Source of the DNA: Williamsia sp.
GTDB lineage: Bacteria; Bacteroidota; Bacteroidia; Chitinophagales; Chitinophagaceae
Length of the DNA: 64,000 bases
NCBI GenBank assembly: GCA_015069695.1
Contig: JADCRZ010000010.1
Location: forward strand, 23,194-87,193
Reading direction: 5' to 3'
Below the pieces are notes generated by a model. That model searched no databases. It had not been told where the DNA came from and saw only the letters and a list, made by a program, of their open reading frames with translations. Positions 18,261 through 28,887 of the stretch are shown piece by piece (position 1 is the first letter of the stretch; each line of letters begins with the position of its first letter). A program made the translations under genes and the position numbers.

Positions 18261-18977
18261 ATGGAAAGAATAAGAACCCTGATCAATAAATTACAGCAGC
18301 AGGCCGACCAGGGAGAAGGACCGGCAGCGATGATGGTAACCGTACAAATGCTGCAGGCCGAGCTCTCCAAGATGTCCCCTGCAACACAGCCTGCCAGCAC
18401 TTCAAAAATATCTGTGGTTCTTCCCGGCGGGAATGTGTCCAATTATATACCGCCCAAACCTGCCGCAGAACCCGAGAAAGCCCCTCTGCCGGCAGCGGCC
18501 CAGCCTGCTCCTGTGGAACCGCCTCCTGTATACACCCGCGCCCAGCCTGATCCCCGTCCGGTCATCCCCCCTCCTGCTCCCGAAGAAAAGTCTGCCTGGG
18601 TTTCTGATCCCTTATCGGAGATGCCCGCGCTGGCAGAACAGAAAAAAGAAATGAACGAAGCATGGGGAAAGCCGGCGCCTTCGCTGAACGACAAATTGAA
18701 AACAGAAACGACAGAATTGGGATCGGTGCTGAAAGACACGCCGGTGAAAGACCTGAAAAAAGCCATCGGCATCAATGACCGCTTTGTTTTTTTGCACGAG
18801 CTGTTCCGCGGCGATGAAGCCATGTACGAGCGCAGCATCAAAACCATCAACAATTTCCGCGCTTATCCTGAAGCAGAATTCTGGATAGAAAGAGAATTAA
18901 AGATCAAGCTGGGTTGGGATGAAAGCAAAGATTCGGTCAAGTATTTCAGACAGCTGGTGAAAAGAAGATTTGTTTAA
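18261..18977 (+). CDS. Hypothetical protein: N-terminal helix, Pro-rich linker, conserved C-terminal domain
   Basis: The linker is PPKPAAEPEKAPLPAAAQPAPVEPPPVYTRAQPDPRPVIPPPAPEE. The C-terminus is DLKKAIGINDRFVFLHELFRGDEAMYERSIKTINNF. Confidence 0.6.
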   Translation: MERIRTLINKLQQQADQGEGPAAMMVTVQMLQAELSKMSPATQPASTSKISVVLPGGNVSNYIPPKPAAEPEKAPLPAAAQPAPVEPPPVYTRAQPDPRPVIPPPAPEEKSAWVSDPLSEMPALAEQKKEMNEAWGKPAPSLNDKLKTETTELGSVLKDTPVKDLKKAIGINDRFVFLHELFRGDEAMYERSIKTINNFRAYPEAEFWIERELKIKLGWDESKDSVKYFRQLVKRRFV

Positions 18978-18980
18978 GGA

Positions 18981-20273
18981 TCAGCCGGCCTGCTTGCCAA
19001 GCAGCTTGTTCGCCGAAATATAATCCATGATCTTTTGCTTGGCCCCGCTTTTTGCATATACATAGCGCTGCGATGCTTCGCAAACCTGCCTGTACTCGTG
19101 ATAATTGTGCAGCAGCCTGTTCAGGATTTTTTCCAGTTCAATGGCATTGCGGATGCTGAATGCGCCGCCGCTTTCCAGCAGTTCTTCCGCCTCTGCATAC
19201 TTGTCGTATACCGGTCCGAACACCACAGGCTTTCCGTAAACGGCCGCTTCCAGGATATTGTGCACCCCGCTTTCTCCGAAACCGCCGCCTACATAGGTAA
19301 TGGTTGCATAGCGGTACAGGCGGGCAAGCATACCGATGTTGTCGATTACCAGCACGTTTGCCTGCGCGAACCGCTCGGGCAGGCCCTCCCCGGCTTCCTT
19401 GATCTGCCGGTACTCTGAATACAGGACTGCGTGCTTGAACAGTTTAAAGATGTCCTTTAAATGGGCCGCATGAATTTCATGGGGCGCCACAATAAACCGC
19501 AGCTCCGGGTGCGTATTGGCAAAGTGGTCCAGCTCTTCTTCGTCTTCATCCCAGGTGCTGCCGGCTACAATTACCAGGTGACCGGCGCAAAAATCTTCAA
19601 TCCAGCTGATCGGCTCAAACTGCCCGGCAATTTCAATGACCCGGTCGAAACGCGTATCACCGGTTACGCTGGTATGGCCGCTGATGCCGATTGACCCGAG
19701 CAACCGGGCCGACTCGGGCGTTTGTACAAAAAGATGGGTAAAACAGCGAAGCATATCGCGGTGCAGCGAACCATGCCAATGAAAGAACAGCTGTTCCTTT
19801 CTGAAGATGGCCGAGATGAGCAAGAATGGAATACCGGCCTTTTGTATTTCCCTGAAATAAAAATACCAGTACTCGTATTTTATCCACAACACCAGCGCAG
19901 GCTGCACGATCGATAGAAAGCGGCGCGCGTTCAGCGGCGTATCCAGGGGAAGATAAAAAACCAGATCAGCCTTGTCGTAGTTTTTCCTGATCTCGTAGCC
20001 GGATGAGGAGAAAAATGTAAGCAGGATTTTCGCCTGCGGATAACGGTCCCGGACAGCTTCCAGCAGCGGCCTTCCCTGTTCAAACTCACCCAGCGAGGCA
20101 CAGTGCATCCATACCAGTTCCTGTCCGGGATTTCTGTTGATGGATGTGCGCAACCTGGTAAATGTGCCCCTTCTTCCTCTCAGCCACAACCGCGCTTTTT
20201 CGTTCCAGGGACTTACCAGCACAATCCCTGCGTAATACAGTTTCAGTGCAATGAAATAAATGGCTGTTTTCAA
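18981..20273 (-). CDS. waaA: 3-deoxy-D-manno-octulosonic acid (Kdo) transferase
   Basis: The N-terminal domain has HCASLGEFEQGRPLLEAV. The GT30-like C-terminal half has GGGFGESGVHNILEAAVYGKPVVFGP. Confidence 0.85.
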   Translation of the reverse strand: MKTAIYFIALKLYYAGIVLVSPWNEKARLWLRGRRGTFTRLRTSINRNPGQELVWMHCASLGEFEQGRPLLEAVRDRYPQAKILLTFFSSSGYEIRKNYDKADLVFYLPLDTPLNARRFLSIVQPALVLWIKYEYWYFYFREIQKAGIPFLLISAIFRKEQLFFHWHGSLHRDMLRCFTHLFVQTPESARLLGSIGISGHTSVTGDTRFDRVIEIAGQFEPISWIEDFCAGHLVIVAGSTWDEDEEELDHFANTHPELRFIVAPHEIHAAHLKDIFKLFKHAVLYSEYRQIKEAGEGLPERFAQANVLVIDNIGMLARLYRYATITYVGGGFGESGVHNILEAAVYGKPVVFGPVYDKYAEAEELLESGGAFSIRNAIELEKILNRLLHNYHEYRQVCEASQRYVYAKSGAKQKIMDYISANKLLGKQAG

Positions 20274-20335
20274 ATTAGCTGATGGTGGTTCGGGAGCAAA
20301 TCTAAAATCAATCTTTCACCCTACCTATATTTTAT

Positions 20336-20343
20336 TACTTTTG
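20336..20343 (+). promoter_or_regulatory. Bacteroidota-type -7 promoter box (TAnnTTTG) for the nucleotide-sugar operon
   Basis: TACTTTTG lies 20 nt upstream of the ATG at 20363, in the 89-bp divergent spacer shared with waaA. Confidence 0.3.
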
Positions 20344-20362
20344 CGGCTCTTAACAGAGGCTC

Positions 20363-21490
20363 ATGCATACCATACAGATGGTAGATACCAGGCGTCAGTA
20401 CCTGAAAATTAAAGAGGCAGTAGATGCCGCCATTCACACGGTTATCGACAGCTCCGTGTTTATCGGCGGAAAAGCAGTAGGTGCTTTTGCAGAAAACCTG
20501 GCAGCTTACAATGGCTCGCGCCACGTAATTCCCTGTGCAAACGGAACAGATGCGCTGCAGATTGCAATGATGGCACTTGACCTGCAACCCGGCGATGAAG
20601 TCATTACGCCATCTTTTACTTATATTGCAACCGTTGAGGTTGTCGCCCTGCTCAGGTTAACCCCGGTATTTGTTGAGGTGGATCCGAAAACTTTCTGCAT
20701 CGATCCTGCTGTCATAGAAAAGGCCATTACAAGAAAAACAAAGGCCATCATTCCTGTACACCTCTACGGTCAGGCTGCCAATATGGGAGAAATTATGCAG
20801 TTGGCGCAGGCGCATCAACTGCACGTAATTGAAGACAATGCCCAGGCCATTGGATGTGATTACAGCTTTCCTGATGGCAGGCTGCAAAAGACCGGCAGCA
20901 TTGGAACGATCGGCTGTACTTCGTTCTATCCTTCTAAAAATCTGGGCTGTTTTGGCGACGGGGGAGCAATATTTACAAATGATGATGCGTTAGCTGCTAA
21001 GCTGAAAATGATTGCCAATCACGGACAAAGCAGGCAATATTACCATGATATTGTAGGCTGTAACAGCCGGCTTGATGCCATACAGGCCGCAGTACTGAAT
21101 GAAAAATTAAAGCACCTGGATACATACAACTATACAAGACAAAAGGTAGCTGATTATTATGATCGGGCTTTTGCGCCTGTTTCAGGATTGATCACGCCGT
21201 ACCGGGCTCCCCATTCCAGTCATGTTTTTCACCAGTACACCCTGATCCTTGAAAAAGGGAGTCGCGACGAACTGAAGCAGCACCTCAATGCACACGCCGT
21301 TCCGGCCATGATCTACTACCCGGTTCCGGCGCATAAGCAAAAAATGTTTGAAACCTTCCATAACAACGCTTACTCCCTGCCAGTTACTGACTGGCTCTCA
21401 GAACGTGTGATCTCAATACCTATACATACCGAGCTCGACGACGAGCAGCTTGCATATATCACGGATCAAATCATCGCATTTTTTAATTAA
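20363..21490 (+). CDS. DegT/DnrJ/EryC1/StrS family sugar aminotransferase (PLP-dependent)
   Basis: VDTRRQYLKIKEAVDAAI..VIDSSVFIGGKAV..FAENLAAY..CANGTDALQIA and SFYPSKNLG (PLP lysine). Confidence 0.88.
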   Translation: MHTIQMVDTRRQYLKIKEAVDAAIHTVIDSSVFIGGKAVGAFAENLAAYNGSRHVIPCANGTDALQIAMMALDLQPGDEVITPSFTYIATVEVVALLRLTPVFVEVDPKTFCIDPAVIEKAITRKTKAIIPVHLYGQAANMGEIMQLAQAHQLHVIEDNAQAIGCDYSFPDGRLQKTGSIGTIGCTSFYPSKNLGCFGDGGAIFTNDDALAAKLKMIANHGQSRQYYHDIVGCNSRLDAIQAAVLNEKLKHLDTYNYTRQKVADYYDRAFAPVSGLITPYRAPHSSHVFHQYTLILEKGSRDELKQHLNAHAVPAMIYYPVPAHKQKMFETFHNNAYSLPVTDWLSERVISIPIHTELDDEQLAYITDQIIAFFN

Positions 21491-21502
21491 ACCTCTTAAA
21501 AC

Positions 21503-22867
21503 ATGAAAATCGCTGTTGTAGGTACTGGGTATGTAGGATTGGTTACCGGTACCTGTTTCGCTGAGACCGGCAACCAGGTCATTTGCGTAGATATTGACAA
21601 GTCGAAGGTAGACAAGCTGACCAATGGTCAGATTACCATTTACGAACCAGGTCTGGAAAAGCTGTTCCTGCGCAACCTCAAGGAAGAGCGCCTTTCTTTT
21701 ACCACCGACCTGGCGAAAGGCATCAAAGAAGCAACCATTATATTCCTGGCCCTGCCTACTCCGCCCGGTGAAGACGGCTCTGCCGATCTGAAATACGTGC
21801 TGGGCAGCGCCAACGACATCGGCAAGCTGCTCACTGACTATAAGGTGATTGTAGACAAAAGCACCGTACCGGTAGGCACTGCAGAAAAAGTGCGCAATGC
21901 CATTGCACAAAACTACGATGGCGAATTTGACGTCGTATCAAACCCCGAGTTCCTGCGCGAAGGCGTGGCCGTGGATGATTTTATGAAACCCGACCGCGTA
22001 GTAATTGGAACCAGTTCAGAAAGGGCCAAAAAAATCATGGGTGATTTGTATGCTCCCTTTGTACGGCAGGGTAACCCCGTTGTATTTATGGACGAGCGCT
22101 CAGCTGAACTCACCAAGTATGCAGCCAATTCGTTCCTGGCCACCAAGATCTCTTTTATGAACGAGATCGCCCAGCTTTGCGAAAGACTGAACGCTGATGT
22201 AGACATGGTGCGATTGGGTATCGGCAGCGATGAACGCATCGGCAAACGCTTTTTGTTTCCCGGCATCGGTTATGGCGGAAGCTGTTTTCCGAAGGACGTA
22301 CAGGCGCTGGTAAAATCATCCAACGAAGTGCAGTATGATTTTAAAATTCTCAACGCCGTCATGGATGTGAACGAGAAACAAAAGCTCCACCTGCTGCCCA
22401 AAATAAAACGCTATTTCAAGAACAATCTGCAGGGTAAACACTTTGCTTTGTGGGGATTGGCCTTCAAACCCAATACAGACGATATCCGCGAAGCACCGGC
22501 CCTGTACATTATAAACGAGTTGCTGAATGAAGGCGCGACGGTAACAGCCTTCGACCCGGAAGCGATGAACAACGTAAAAGCTTTGCTGGGTGATAAAATA
22601 GAATTTGCCGAAAGCCAGTACCAAGCCCTGAAAGGCGCTGATGCGCTCATCATCGCCACTGAATGGAATGAGTTCCGCACACCCGACTTTTTAAAGATCG
22701 TGTCTGTGCTGAAGAGCAAGGTCATCTTTGATGGCAGAAACCTGTTTGATACAGATGCTATCCGCGAGCTGGGTTTTTATTACGAAAGCATTGGACGGCC
22801 TTCCACCCATGCTCACCCCGTAACCTATGTCAACCCGCCGCTGGCCCATTCCAACCAACTCGTATAA
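21503..22867 (+). CDS. ugd: UDP-glucose 6-dehydrogenase
   Basis: [16 protein letters not shown] and the catalytic GGSCFPKD. Confidence 0.9.
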   Translation: MKIAVVGTGYVGLVTGTCFAETGNQVICVDIDKSKVDKLTNGQITIYEPGLEKLFLRNLKEERLSFTTDLAKGIKEATIIFLALPTPPGEDGSADLKYVLGSANDIGKLLTDYKVIVDKSTVPVGTAEKVRNAIAQNYDGEFDVVSNPEFLREGVAVDDFMKPDRVVIGTSSERAKKIMGDLYAPFVRQGNPVVFMDERSAELTKYAANSFLATKISFMNEIAQLCERLNADVDMVRLGIGSDERIGKRFLFPGIGYGGSCFPKDVQALVKSSNEVQYDFKILNAVMDVNEKQKLHLLPKIKRYFKNNLQGKHFALWGLAFKPNTDDIREAPALYIINELLNEGATVTAFDPEAMNNVKALLGDKIEFAESQYQALKGADALIIATEWNEFRTPDFLKIVSVLKSKVIFDGRNLFDTDAIRELGFYYESIGRPSTHAHPVTYVNPPLAHSNQLV

Positions 22868-22871
22868 ACCC

Positions 22872-23855
22872 ATGGAAAGAAAAAGAATACTGATCACCGG
22901 TGCGGCAGGCTTTCTCGGTTCTCATTTAAGCGATCGTTTTATAAAGGAAGGTTATCATGTTATTGGCATGGACAACCTGATCACCGGCGACCTGAGAAAT
23001 ATCGAACACCTGTTCAAGCTGGAACAATTTGAATTTTACAACCACGACGTTTCCAAATTTATTCACGTACCGGGCAAGCTGGAGTATATCCTGCATTTTG
23101 CTTCGCCCGCCAGTCCGATCGATTACCTGAAAATACCCATCCAAACCCTGAAGGTAGGCTCGCTGGGAACACACAACTGCCTTGGGCTTGCCAAATCCAA
23201 AGGCGCCCGGATGCTGATCGCTTCCACCTCCGAGATCTACGGCGACCCGCTGGTGCATCCGCAGAACGAGGAGTACTGGGGCAACGTAAACCCGGTAGGT
23301 CCGCGGGGTGTGTATGATGAGGCCAAGCGCTTCCAGGAAGCGATCACCATGGCTTACCACAATTTTCACGGCCTGGAAACCCGCATCGTGCGCATCTTTA
23401 ATACCTATGGTCCCAGGATGCGACTGAACGATGGCCGGGCACTGCCTGCATTTATCGGACAAGCCCTGCGGGGTGAAGACCTCACCGTTTTTGGTGACGG
23501 TAGCCAGACGCGGAGCTTTTGTTACGTGGATGACCTGGTAGAAGGCATTTACCGCCTGCTGCTGAGTGATTACCATGAACCGGTAAACATCGGCAACCCG
23601 GATGAAATTTCACTCAAAGACTTTGCGGAAGAGATCATCAAATTGACCGGTACTACCCAAAAGATCGTGTACCAGCCTCTTCCCAAAGACGATCCGAAAC
23701 AAAGAAAACCGGACATCACCCGGGCCAAGGAAATCCTTGGCTGGGAACCCAAAGTAAGCAGACAGGAAGGCCTGAAGGTCACCTACGAATATTTTAAATC
23801 ATTGCCCAAGGAAGAACTGGTGAAGCAGCCCAAAGAGTTCAAAAGCATGAAATAA
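22872..23855 (+). CDS. UDP-glucuronate decarboxylase (UDP-xylose synthase-type SDR)
   Basis: ATG at 22872. [29 protein letters not shown]. Confidence 0.85.
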   Translation: MERKRILITGAAGFLGSHLSDRFIKEGYHVIGMDNLITGDLRNIEHLFKLEQFEFYNHDVSKFIHVPGKLEYILHFASPASPIDYLKIPIQTLKVGSLGTHNCLGLAKSKGARMLIASTSEIYGDPLVHPQNEEYWGNVNPVGPRGVYDEAKRFQEAITMAYHNFHGLETRIVRIFNTYGPRMRLNDGRALPAFIGQALRGEDLTVFGDGSQTRSFCYVDDLVEGIYRLLLSDYHEPVNIGNPDEISLKDFAEEIIKLTGTTQKIVYQPLPKDDPKQRKPDITRAKEILGWEPKVSRQEGLKVTYEYFKSLPKEELVKQPKEFKSMK

Positions 23856-25150
23856 TGTTGATATACGATGACCTGCTCCAAAAAAAGAAAAAGCTTGCTG
23901 TAATCGGTTTGGGATATGTGGGACTGCCGCTTGCTTTGGCGTTTGCGGAAAAACTTTCGGTGATCGGATATGATATAGATAGCAAAAAGGTCGGGCAGCT
24001 CAAAGAAGGCTCCGACCCATCGAGGGCTGTTGGGCAGGAAGCATTCAAGCACAAAGACATTGTATTCAGCTGTGATGCCGGGTCGTTGCAGGAAGCCCAT
24101 TTTTTTATTGTGGCCGTTCCAACCCCGGTTGATCACCACAAAGCGCCTGATTTGCAGCCCCTGCTCCTTGCTTCGGAAGCAATCGGGCGGGTACTGAAGA
24201 AAGGGGATTATGTGGTGTTTGAGTCAACAGTTTATCCGGGTTGTACGGAAGAAGAATGTTTGCCGGTATTGGAGCAGCACAGTGGTTTGCAGTGCCCCGG
24301 CGACTTTAAGCTGGGCTACTCTCCCGAGCGCATCAATCCCGGCGATAAAAACCATACGCTGGCAAACACGGTAAAAGTGGTAGCGGCCTGCGATCCCCTT
24401 TCCCTGGAAGAAACAGCCCGCCTGTATGAACTGGTGGTAACAGCCGGTGTACACAAGGCGCCTGGCATCAAAGTAGCGGAAACAGGCAAGATGCTGGAGA
24501 ATACGCAACGGTACGTCAACATCTCCCTGATGAACGAGATGGCCATGATCTGCGACCGGCTTGGCATCAACACGCTTGACGTGCTGGAAGCCGCCGGCAC
24601 CAAATGGAACTTCGCCAAGTTCAATCCCGGCCTGGTTGGCGGTCATTGCATTGGGGTAGACCCCTACTATCTCAAGCACAAGGCAAGGCAGCTGGGTTAT
24701 CACGCCCAGGTGCTGGCATCCGGCGAGCTGGTGAATGATGAGATGCCTTATTATGTTTCAAAAAAGGTGCTGCAGCACATTATAAAAGCAGGCACGCATC
24801 CCCAAGAAGCCCGGGTGCTGGTGCTGGGAATTACATTCAAGGAAAACGTCAGCGACATCCGCAATTCAAAAGTAATTCCGCTGGTGAAAGACCTGATGGA
24901 TTACGCTGTGCAGGTAGACGTGATGGATAACTATGCAGATGCCCACGAAGTGTGGGAGCAGCACGGGATCAGGCTCCTGGAAAAAGCAGGCAGCGGGTAT
25001 GATGCGGTCGTTCTGGCTGTTGCACACGATGCCTACCGGCATTTCTCTGAAGAAGGGCTGCTGCATTCCTGTAAACAGGGAGCGATGTTTGCTGATCTGA
25101 AAGGCCATTACCGGGGCAAATTTTCGACGCTTGTCTACTGGAATTTATAA
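23855..25150 (+). CDS. Nucleotide-sugar dehydrogenase, TviB/WbpO-like (UDP-HexNAc 6-dehydrogenase type)
   Basis: KKLAVIGLGYVGLPLALAFA and GGHCIGVDPYY. There is a TAATG stop/start overlap with the upstream gene. Confidence 0.82.
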   Translation: MLIYDDLLQKKKKLAVIGLGYVGLPLALAFAEKLSVIGYDIDSKKVGQLKEGSDPSRAVGQEAFKHKDIVFSCDAGSLQEAHFFIVAVPTPVDHHKAPDLQPLLLASEAIGRVLKKGDYVVFESTVYPGCTEEECLPVLEQHSGLQCPGDFKLGYSPERINPGDKNHTLANTVKVVAACDPLSLEETARLYELVVTAGVHKAPGIKVAETGKMLENTQRYVNISLMNEMAMICDRLGINTLDVLEAAGTKWNFAKFNPGLVGGHCIGVDPYYLKHKARQLGYHAQVLASGELVNDEMPYYVSKKVLQHIIKAGTHPQEARVLVLGITFKENVSDIRNSKVIPLVKDLMDYAVQVDVMDNYADAHEVWEQHGIRLLEKAGSGYDAVVLAVAHDAYRHFSEEGLLHSCKQGAMFADLKGHYRGKFSTLVYWNL

Positions 25151-25194
25151 AGCGATCAAAGACTCTTAACCACTAAAAAGAGCGAAATACCATT

Positions 25195-26250
25195 ATGAGC
25201 AAAACAATCCTGATTACCGGCGGCGCCGGTTTTATCGGTTCGCATGTAGTGCGCTTATTCGTCAACAAGTATCCGCAGTATACAATTGTAAACGGGGATG
25301 CGCTGACCTATGCAGGCAACCTGGAAAACCTGACTGATGTACAGCAGGCTCCCAACTATATTTTTGAAAAGATTGATATTACCAACGAGAAGGGCATGGA
25401 TGAGCTGGTAAGCAAATGGGCATTTGATGCCGTTATCCACCTGGCCGCGGAAAGCCATGTAGACCGCTCTATCGTAGATCCGCTCGCGTTCGTACGCACC
25501 AATGTACTGGGTACAGCCGTGCTGCTGAACACCTGCCGCAAACACTGGGGAGGCGATTACGCAGGTAAATTGTTTTACCATGTTTCAACAGATGAAGTAT
25601 ACGGATCATTGGGGGAAGAAGGTTTTTTTACAGAAACCACTCCCTACGACCCCCGCTCTCCCTACTCTGCTTCCAAAGCTTCCTCCGATCATTTTGTGAT
25701 GGCTTACTACCATACCTATCACATGCCGGTGGTGATGAGCAATTGTTCAAACAACTATGGCTCGCACCATTTTCCGGAAAAGCTGATCCCGCTCATGATC
25801 AACAACATCAAAAACAGCCGGCCGCTGCCTGTATACGGAAAGGGCGAAAACGTGCGTGACTGGTTGTGGGTAGAAGACCATGCCCGGGCCATCGACACCA
25901 TCTTTCACAAGGGTGTAGCAGGCGAGAAATACAATATAGGCGGGTTCAACGAATGGAAGAACATCGACCTGGTGCACCTGCTCTGCAATATCATGGACCG
26001 CAAGCTGGACCGGGAGCCCGGAACTTCAGCCCGCCTGATCGAGTATGTGAAAGACCGGGCAGGACACGATCTGCGCTATGCCATTGATGCCACCAAGATA
26101 AACCGGGAACTTGGATGGAATCCCTCGCTTCAGTTTGAAGAAGGATTGGAAAAAACCGTTGACTGGTACCTGAACAACGAAGGATGGGTAGAGGACGTCA
26201 CCAGTGGCAACTACCAGAAATATTACGAAGACCAGTATGTAAGAAGATAA
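25195..26250 (+). CDS. rfbB: dTDP-glucose 4,6-dehydratase
   Basis: ILITGGAGFIGSH, STDEVYG, YSASKA. Confidence 0.92.
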   Translation: MSKTILITGGAGFIGSHVVRLFVNKYPQYTIVNGDALTYAGNLENLTDVQQAPNYIFEKIDITNEKGMDELVSKWAFDAVIHLAAESHVDRSIVDPLAFVRTNVLGTAVLLNTCRKHWGGDYAGKLFYHVSTDEVYGSLGEEGFFTETTPYDPRSPYSASKASSDHFVMAYYHTYHMPVVMSNCSNNYGSHHFPEKLIPLMINNIKNSRPLPVYGKGENVRDWLWVEDHARAIDTIFHKGVAGEKYNIGGFNEWKNIDLVHLLCNIMDRKLDREPGTSARLIEYVKDRAGHDLRYAIDATKINRELGWNPSLQFEEGLEKTVDWYLNNEGWVEDVTSGNYQKYYEDQYVRR

Positions 26251-26267
26251 AGCCGAAACTACACACC

Positions 26268-26828
26268 ATGCCTTTTACAAAAACACCAATTCCCGATCTG
26301 ATGGTTTTTGAGCCATCAGTATATGGAGACGAACGGGGGTATTTCTTTGAATCGTACAACAAACAAAATTTTATCAGGGAAAACATTTCCCTTGATTTTG
26401 TACAGGATAACCAGGCCCGCTCTGTATACGGCGTCGTGCGGGGACTCCACTTTCAGCTGGCTCCCCATGCCCAGACAAAGCTGATCCGCGCACTGGAAGG
26501 AACCATCCTCGATGTGGCAGTTGACCTGCGGAAGAATTCTCCCACTTACGGAAAAGTATTTACCATCGAATTATCTGCACAGAACAAAAAACAGCTCCTG
26601 GTGCCCAAAGGCTTTGCCCATGGGTATTCCGTACTGACGGAAACAGCAGAAGTATTTTACAAGTGCGACGATTTTTATCACAAGGAACTGGAAGGCGGAC
26701 TGGCATTTAATGACCCGGCCCTGGAGATAGACTGGAAAATTCCGGCAGATAAAATGATCCTGTCGGCCAAAGACACACAGCACGCGGTGCTGAGCGAATG
26801 CAAACACAATTTTGTTTACAGGGGATAG
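26268..26828 (+). CDS. rfbC: dTDP-4-dehydrorhamnose 3,5-epimerase
   Basis: ATG at 26268. FEPSVYGDERGYFFESY..VQDNQARS..GVVRGLHFQ..KLIR...G.ILDVAVDLR. Confidence 0.9.
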   Translation: MPFTKTPIPDLMVFEPSVYGDERGYFFESYNKQNFIRENISLDFVQDNQARSVYGVVRGLHFQLAPHAQTKLIRALEGTILDVAVDLRKNSPTYGKVFTIELSAQNKKQLLVPKGFAHGYSVLTETAEVFYKCDDFYHKELEGGLAFNDPALEIDWKIPADKMILSAKDTQHAVLSECKHNFVYRG

Positions 26829-26849
26829 CCCTCATTATTTACATTATTC

Positions 26850-27713
26850 ATGCGTCCCACAATTCTGGTAACCGGTGCCAACGGGCAGGTAGGAAGGGAA
26901 CTGCGCGTATGTGCAGAAACCAATGCCCAATATGATTTTGTCTTTTTGTCAAAGGATGACCTATCTATTGACCGGCCTGAGCAGGTAGAAGAAGTTTTTC
27001 AGAAATGGGCCCCGAAGTACTGCATCAATTGTGCGGCCTATACGGCAGTCGACAAGGCTGAAACCGAGCAGGCGCTTGCCTTTCAGATCAACGGGGAGGC
27101 AACCGGTGTGCTGGCGGCTGCCAGCAGGCAGGCGGGTGCCCGTTTCATTCATATTTCAACAGACTATGTTTTCAACGGGAATGGTACGGCACCTTATCAG
27201 GAAGATCATGCAGTGGATCCGGTGAATATTTACGGCGCTTCCAAATTGCAGGGCGAGCAGTTGGCCAAGCAGCAAAATCCTGATTCGGTCATTATCCGCA
27301 CATCCTGGGTTTACTCCCGGTTTGGAAATAATTTTGTGAAAACAATGATGCGGCTGATGAAGGAACGGGAAAGCATAAACGTAGTTGATGATCAGAAGGG
27401 ATCACCTACGTATGCAGCTGACCTGGCTGCAGCGATGTTGAAGATCATTGCGTCGGAGAAATGGACACCCGGTATATACAATTACAGCAATGAAGGCGTA
27501 ATTACCTGGCACCAGTTTGCGCAGGCCATTGCGGAGCTTACGCGCAGCAGCTGCAAGGTGAATCCTATTCCTTCCGCGAACTTTCCTACCCCTGCCAAGC
27601 GGCCTGGTTACTCGGTTCTCAGCAAGGACAAGATCCGGGAGGTTTATCAGATTACCCCGCCTGCCTGGCGTACCAGCCTGGAGGCGTGCATCCGGCTCCT
27701 GCAACAATCATAG
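26850..27713 (+). CDS. rfbD: dTDP-4-dehydrorhamnose reductase
   Basis: ILVTGANGQVG, NCAAYTAVDKAE, HISTDYVFNG, YGASKL. Confidence 0.9.
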   Translation: MRPTILVTGANGQVGRELRVCAETNAQYDFVFLSKDDLSIDRPEQVEEVFQKWAPKYCINCAAYTAVDKAETEQALAFQINGEATGVLAAASRQAGARFIHISTDYVFNGNGTAPYQEDHAVDPVNIYGASKLQGEQLAKQQNPDSVIIRTSWVYSRFGNNFVKTMMRLMKERESINVVDDQKGSPTYAADLAAAMLKIIASEKWTPGIYNYSNEGVITWHQFAQAIAELTRSSCKVNPIPSANFPTPAKRPGYSVLSKDKIREVYQITPPAWRTSLEACIRLLQQS

Positions 27714-27737
27714 CAGCGCAGTAAAGCACCTGCTTTA

Positions 27738-28163
27738 CTAAACCGATTGATCTACCGGTCCTGTGCTGACAGCTGCGATCTGCCGGGAAGGAGAAATCGT
27801 TCTGGACGATTTGTTCTGGTAAAAAAGAGGAAGATTCTTGTATGCAAGTCGTACCAGCGCTGCCTGAACTGCAGCACCCAGGGTTCTTCTGAAGATATTT
27901 CTTGATTTACCTACCACAATCTTCTGTGCAAGCCATCCGGCTGCCAGTCCGATAAAAGTGTTTATGATTGTGTAGCGGACATCCGGTGTGGTGATCACTT
28001 TCTGCAACCCCATTCTTACTAAGTTCATCGGTTTATAGTGCTCTTTGTACCCTCGGGCGGTTAATGTGCTGTTTCTTTTTAAAAGCTGTTCCTGCTGGTG
28101 CGTCTTCAGTTCCAGTTCTTTGATGGAGGCCTTGAGTTCGTCTAAGTTTGAAATCTTTTGCAT
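27738..28163 (-). CDS. Hypothetical protein (coiled-coil N-terminus, hydrophobic core); third gene of the YtxH operon
   Basis: LDELKASIKELELKTHQQEQLLK, then IINTFIGLAAGWLAQKIVV. It starts 3 nt after the upstream gene's stop. Confidence 0.55.
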   Translation of the reverse strand: MQKISNLDELKASIKELELKTHQQEQLLKRNSTLTARGYKEHYKPMNLVRMGLQKVITTPDVRYTIINTFIGLAAGWLAQKIVVGKSRNIFRRTLGAAVQAALVRLAYKNLPLFYQNKSSRTISPSRQIAAVSTGPVDQSV

Positions 28164-28166
28164 ATG

Positions 28167-28520
28167 CTAATTTAGAAATTTCTTGATGAGGGCACGCACG
28201 ACAGGTGCTTTGATTAATTTGTTGCGGGACACATGCAGGATCAGACCGATCAAGGCGTATAAACCTGCTATGATAAAAAATCCTCCCCAGTTGCTGCCTA
28301 TCAGGCTTCCCACCAGCAAAGCAAGTGCGATGCTGAACAGAATAATGAAGAATATACTGATAAAGAACAAGGCAACCCCCTCAATAACCGACGAAATAAC
28401 ATCGGAACTTTTATCAACCGCTTTCAGCTTCAGCAGGTCACGTTTGTTCTTCAGGTAATCCGTTCCCTCAGCAAACAGGGCTTTGATAGGATTTTGAGTC
28501 TCAGAAGGATTTTCTATCAT
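28167..28520 (-). CDS. Holin-X-like (phage holin 3_6 family) two-TM membrane protein
   Basis: Amphipathic N-terminus, then two TM segments, VIEGVALFFISIFFIILFSIALALLVG and GGFFIIAGLYALIGLILHV. Confidence 0.65.
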   Translation of the reverse strand: MIENPSETQNPIKALFAEGTDYLKNKRDLLKLKAVDKSSDVISSVIEGVALFFISIFFIILFSIALALLVGSLIGSNWGGFFIIAGLYALIGLILHVSRNKLIKAPVVRALIKKFLN

Positions 28521-28566
28521 AGTAGTTTATTATAATCGTCTTTACGTAAAGCAATAGAAGAAAAGA

Positions 28567-28887
28567 TTACTGGAAGTTGTTGGCTTCATTGTTAGCCTCG
28601 CCTTTGAACGTGTTGAATTTAGCTGCGCCTTTGTCAGCCAGATCCTGCGCACTGTCTTTTACGCCCTGATATGTGTCGGCAATATTGTCTTTTACACCCT
28701 GGTAAGTGTCTTTCACATTGTCAACAAAATCATTGAATTTGCTTTTGAGAGAATCTGCCAGATCGGTGCTGCTGTCAGTGATTTTTCTTCTTGTTTCTGT
28801 TCCCTTGTCTGGTGCATACAAGATTCCTAAAATTGATCCAACAGCTGCGCCTGCTAAAAATCCGAATACTACTTTTGAGGTACTCAT
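28567..28887 (-). CDS. YtxH domain protein
   Basis: FGFLAGAAVGSILGILYAPDKGTETRRKI, followed by helical repeats (DTYQGVKDN twice). Confidence 0.85.
   Translation of the reverse strand: MSTSKVVFGFLAGAAVGSILGILYAPDKGTETRRKITDSSTDLADSLKSKFNDFVDNVKDTYQGVKDNIADTYQGVKDSAQDLADKGAAKFNTFKGEANNEANNFQ

Noticed and set aside
28167-28520. Holin-family gene as evidence for a prophage
   Set aside because: No lysin, capsid, tail, terminase or integrase genes are nearby. The gene sits in the conserved YtxH operon context typical of stress-associated Holin-X-like proteins.
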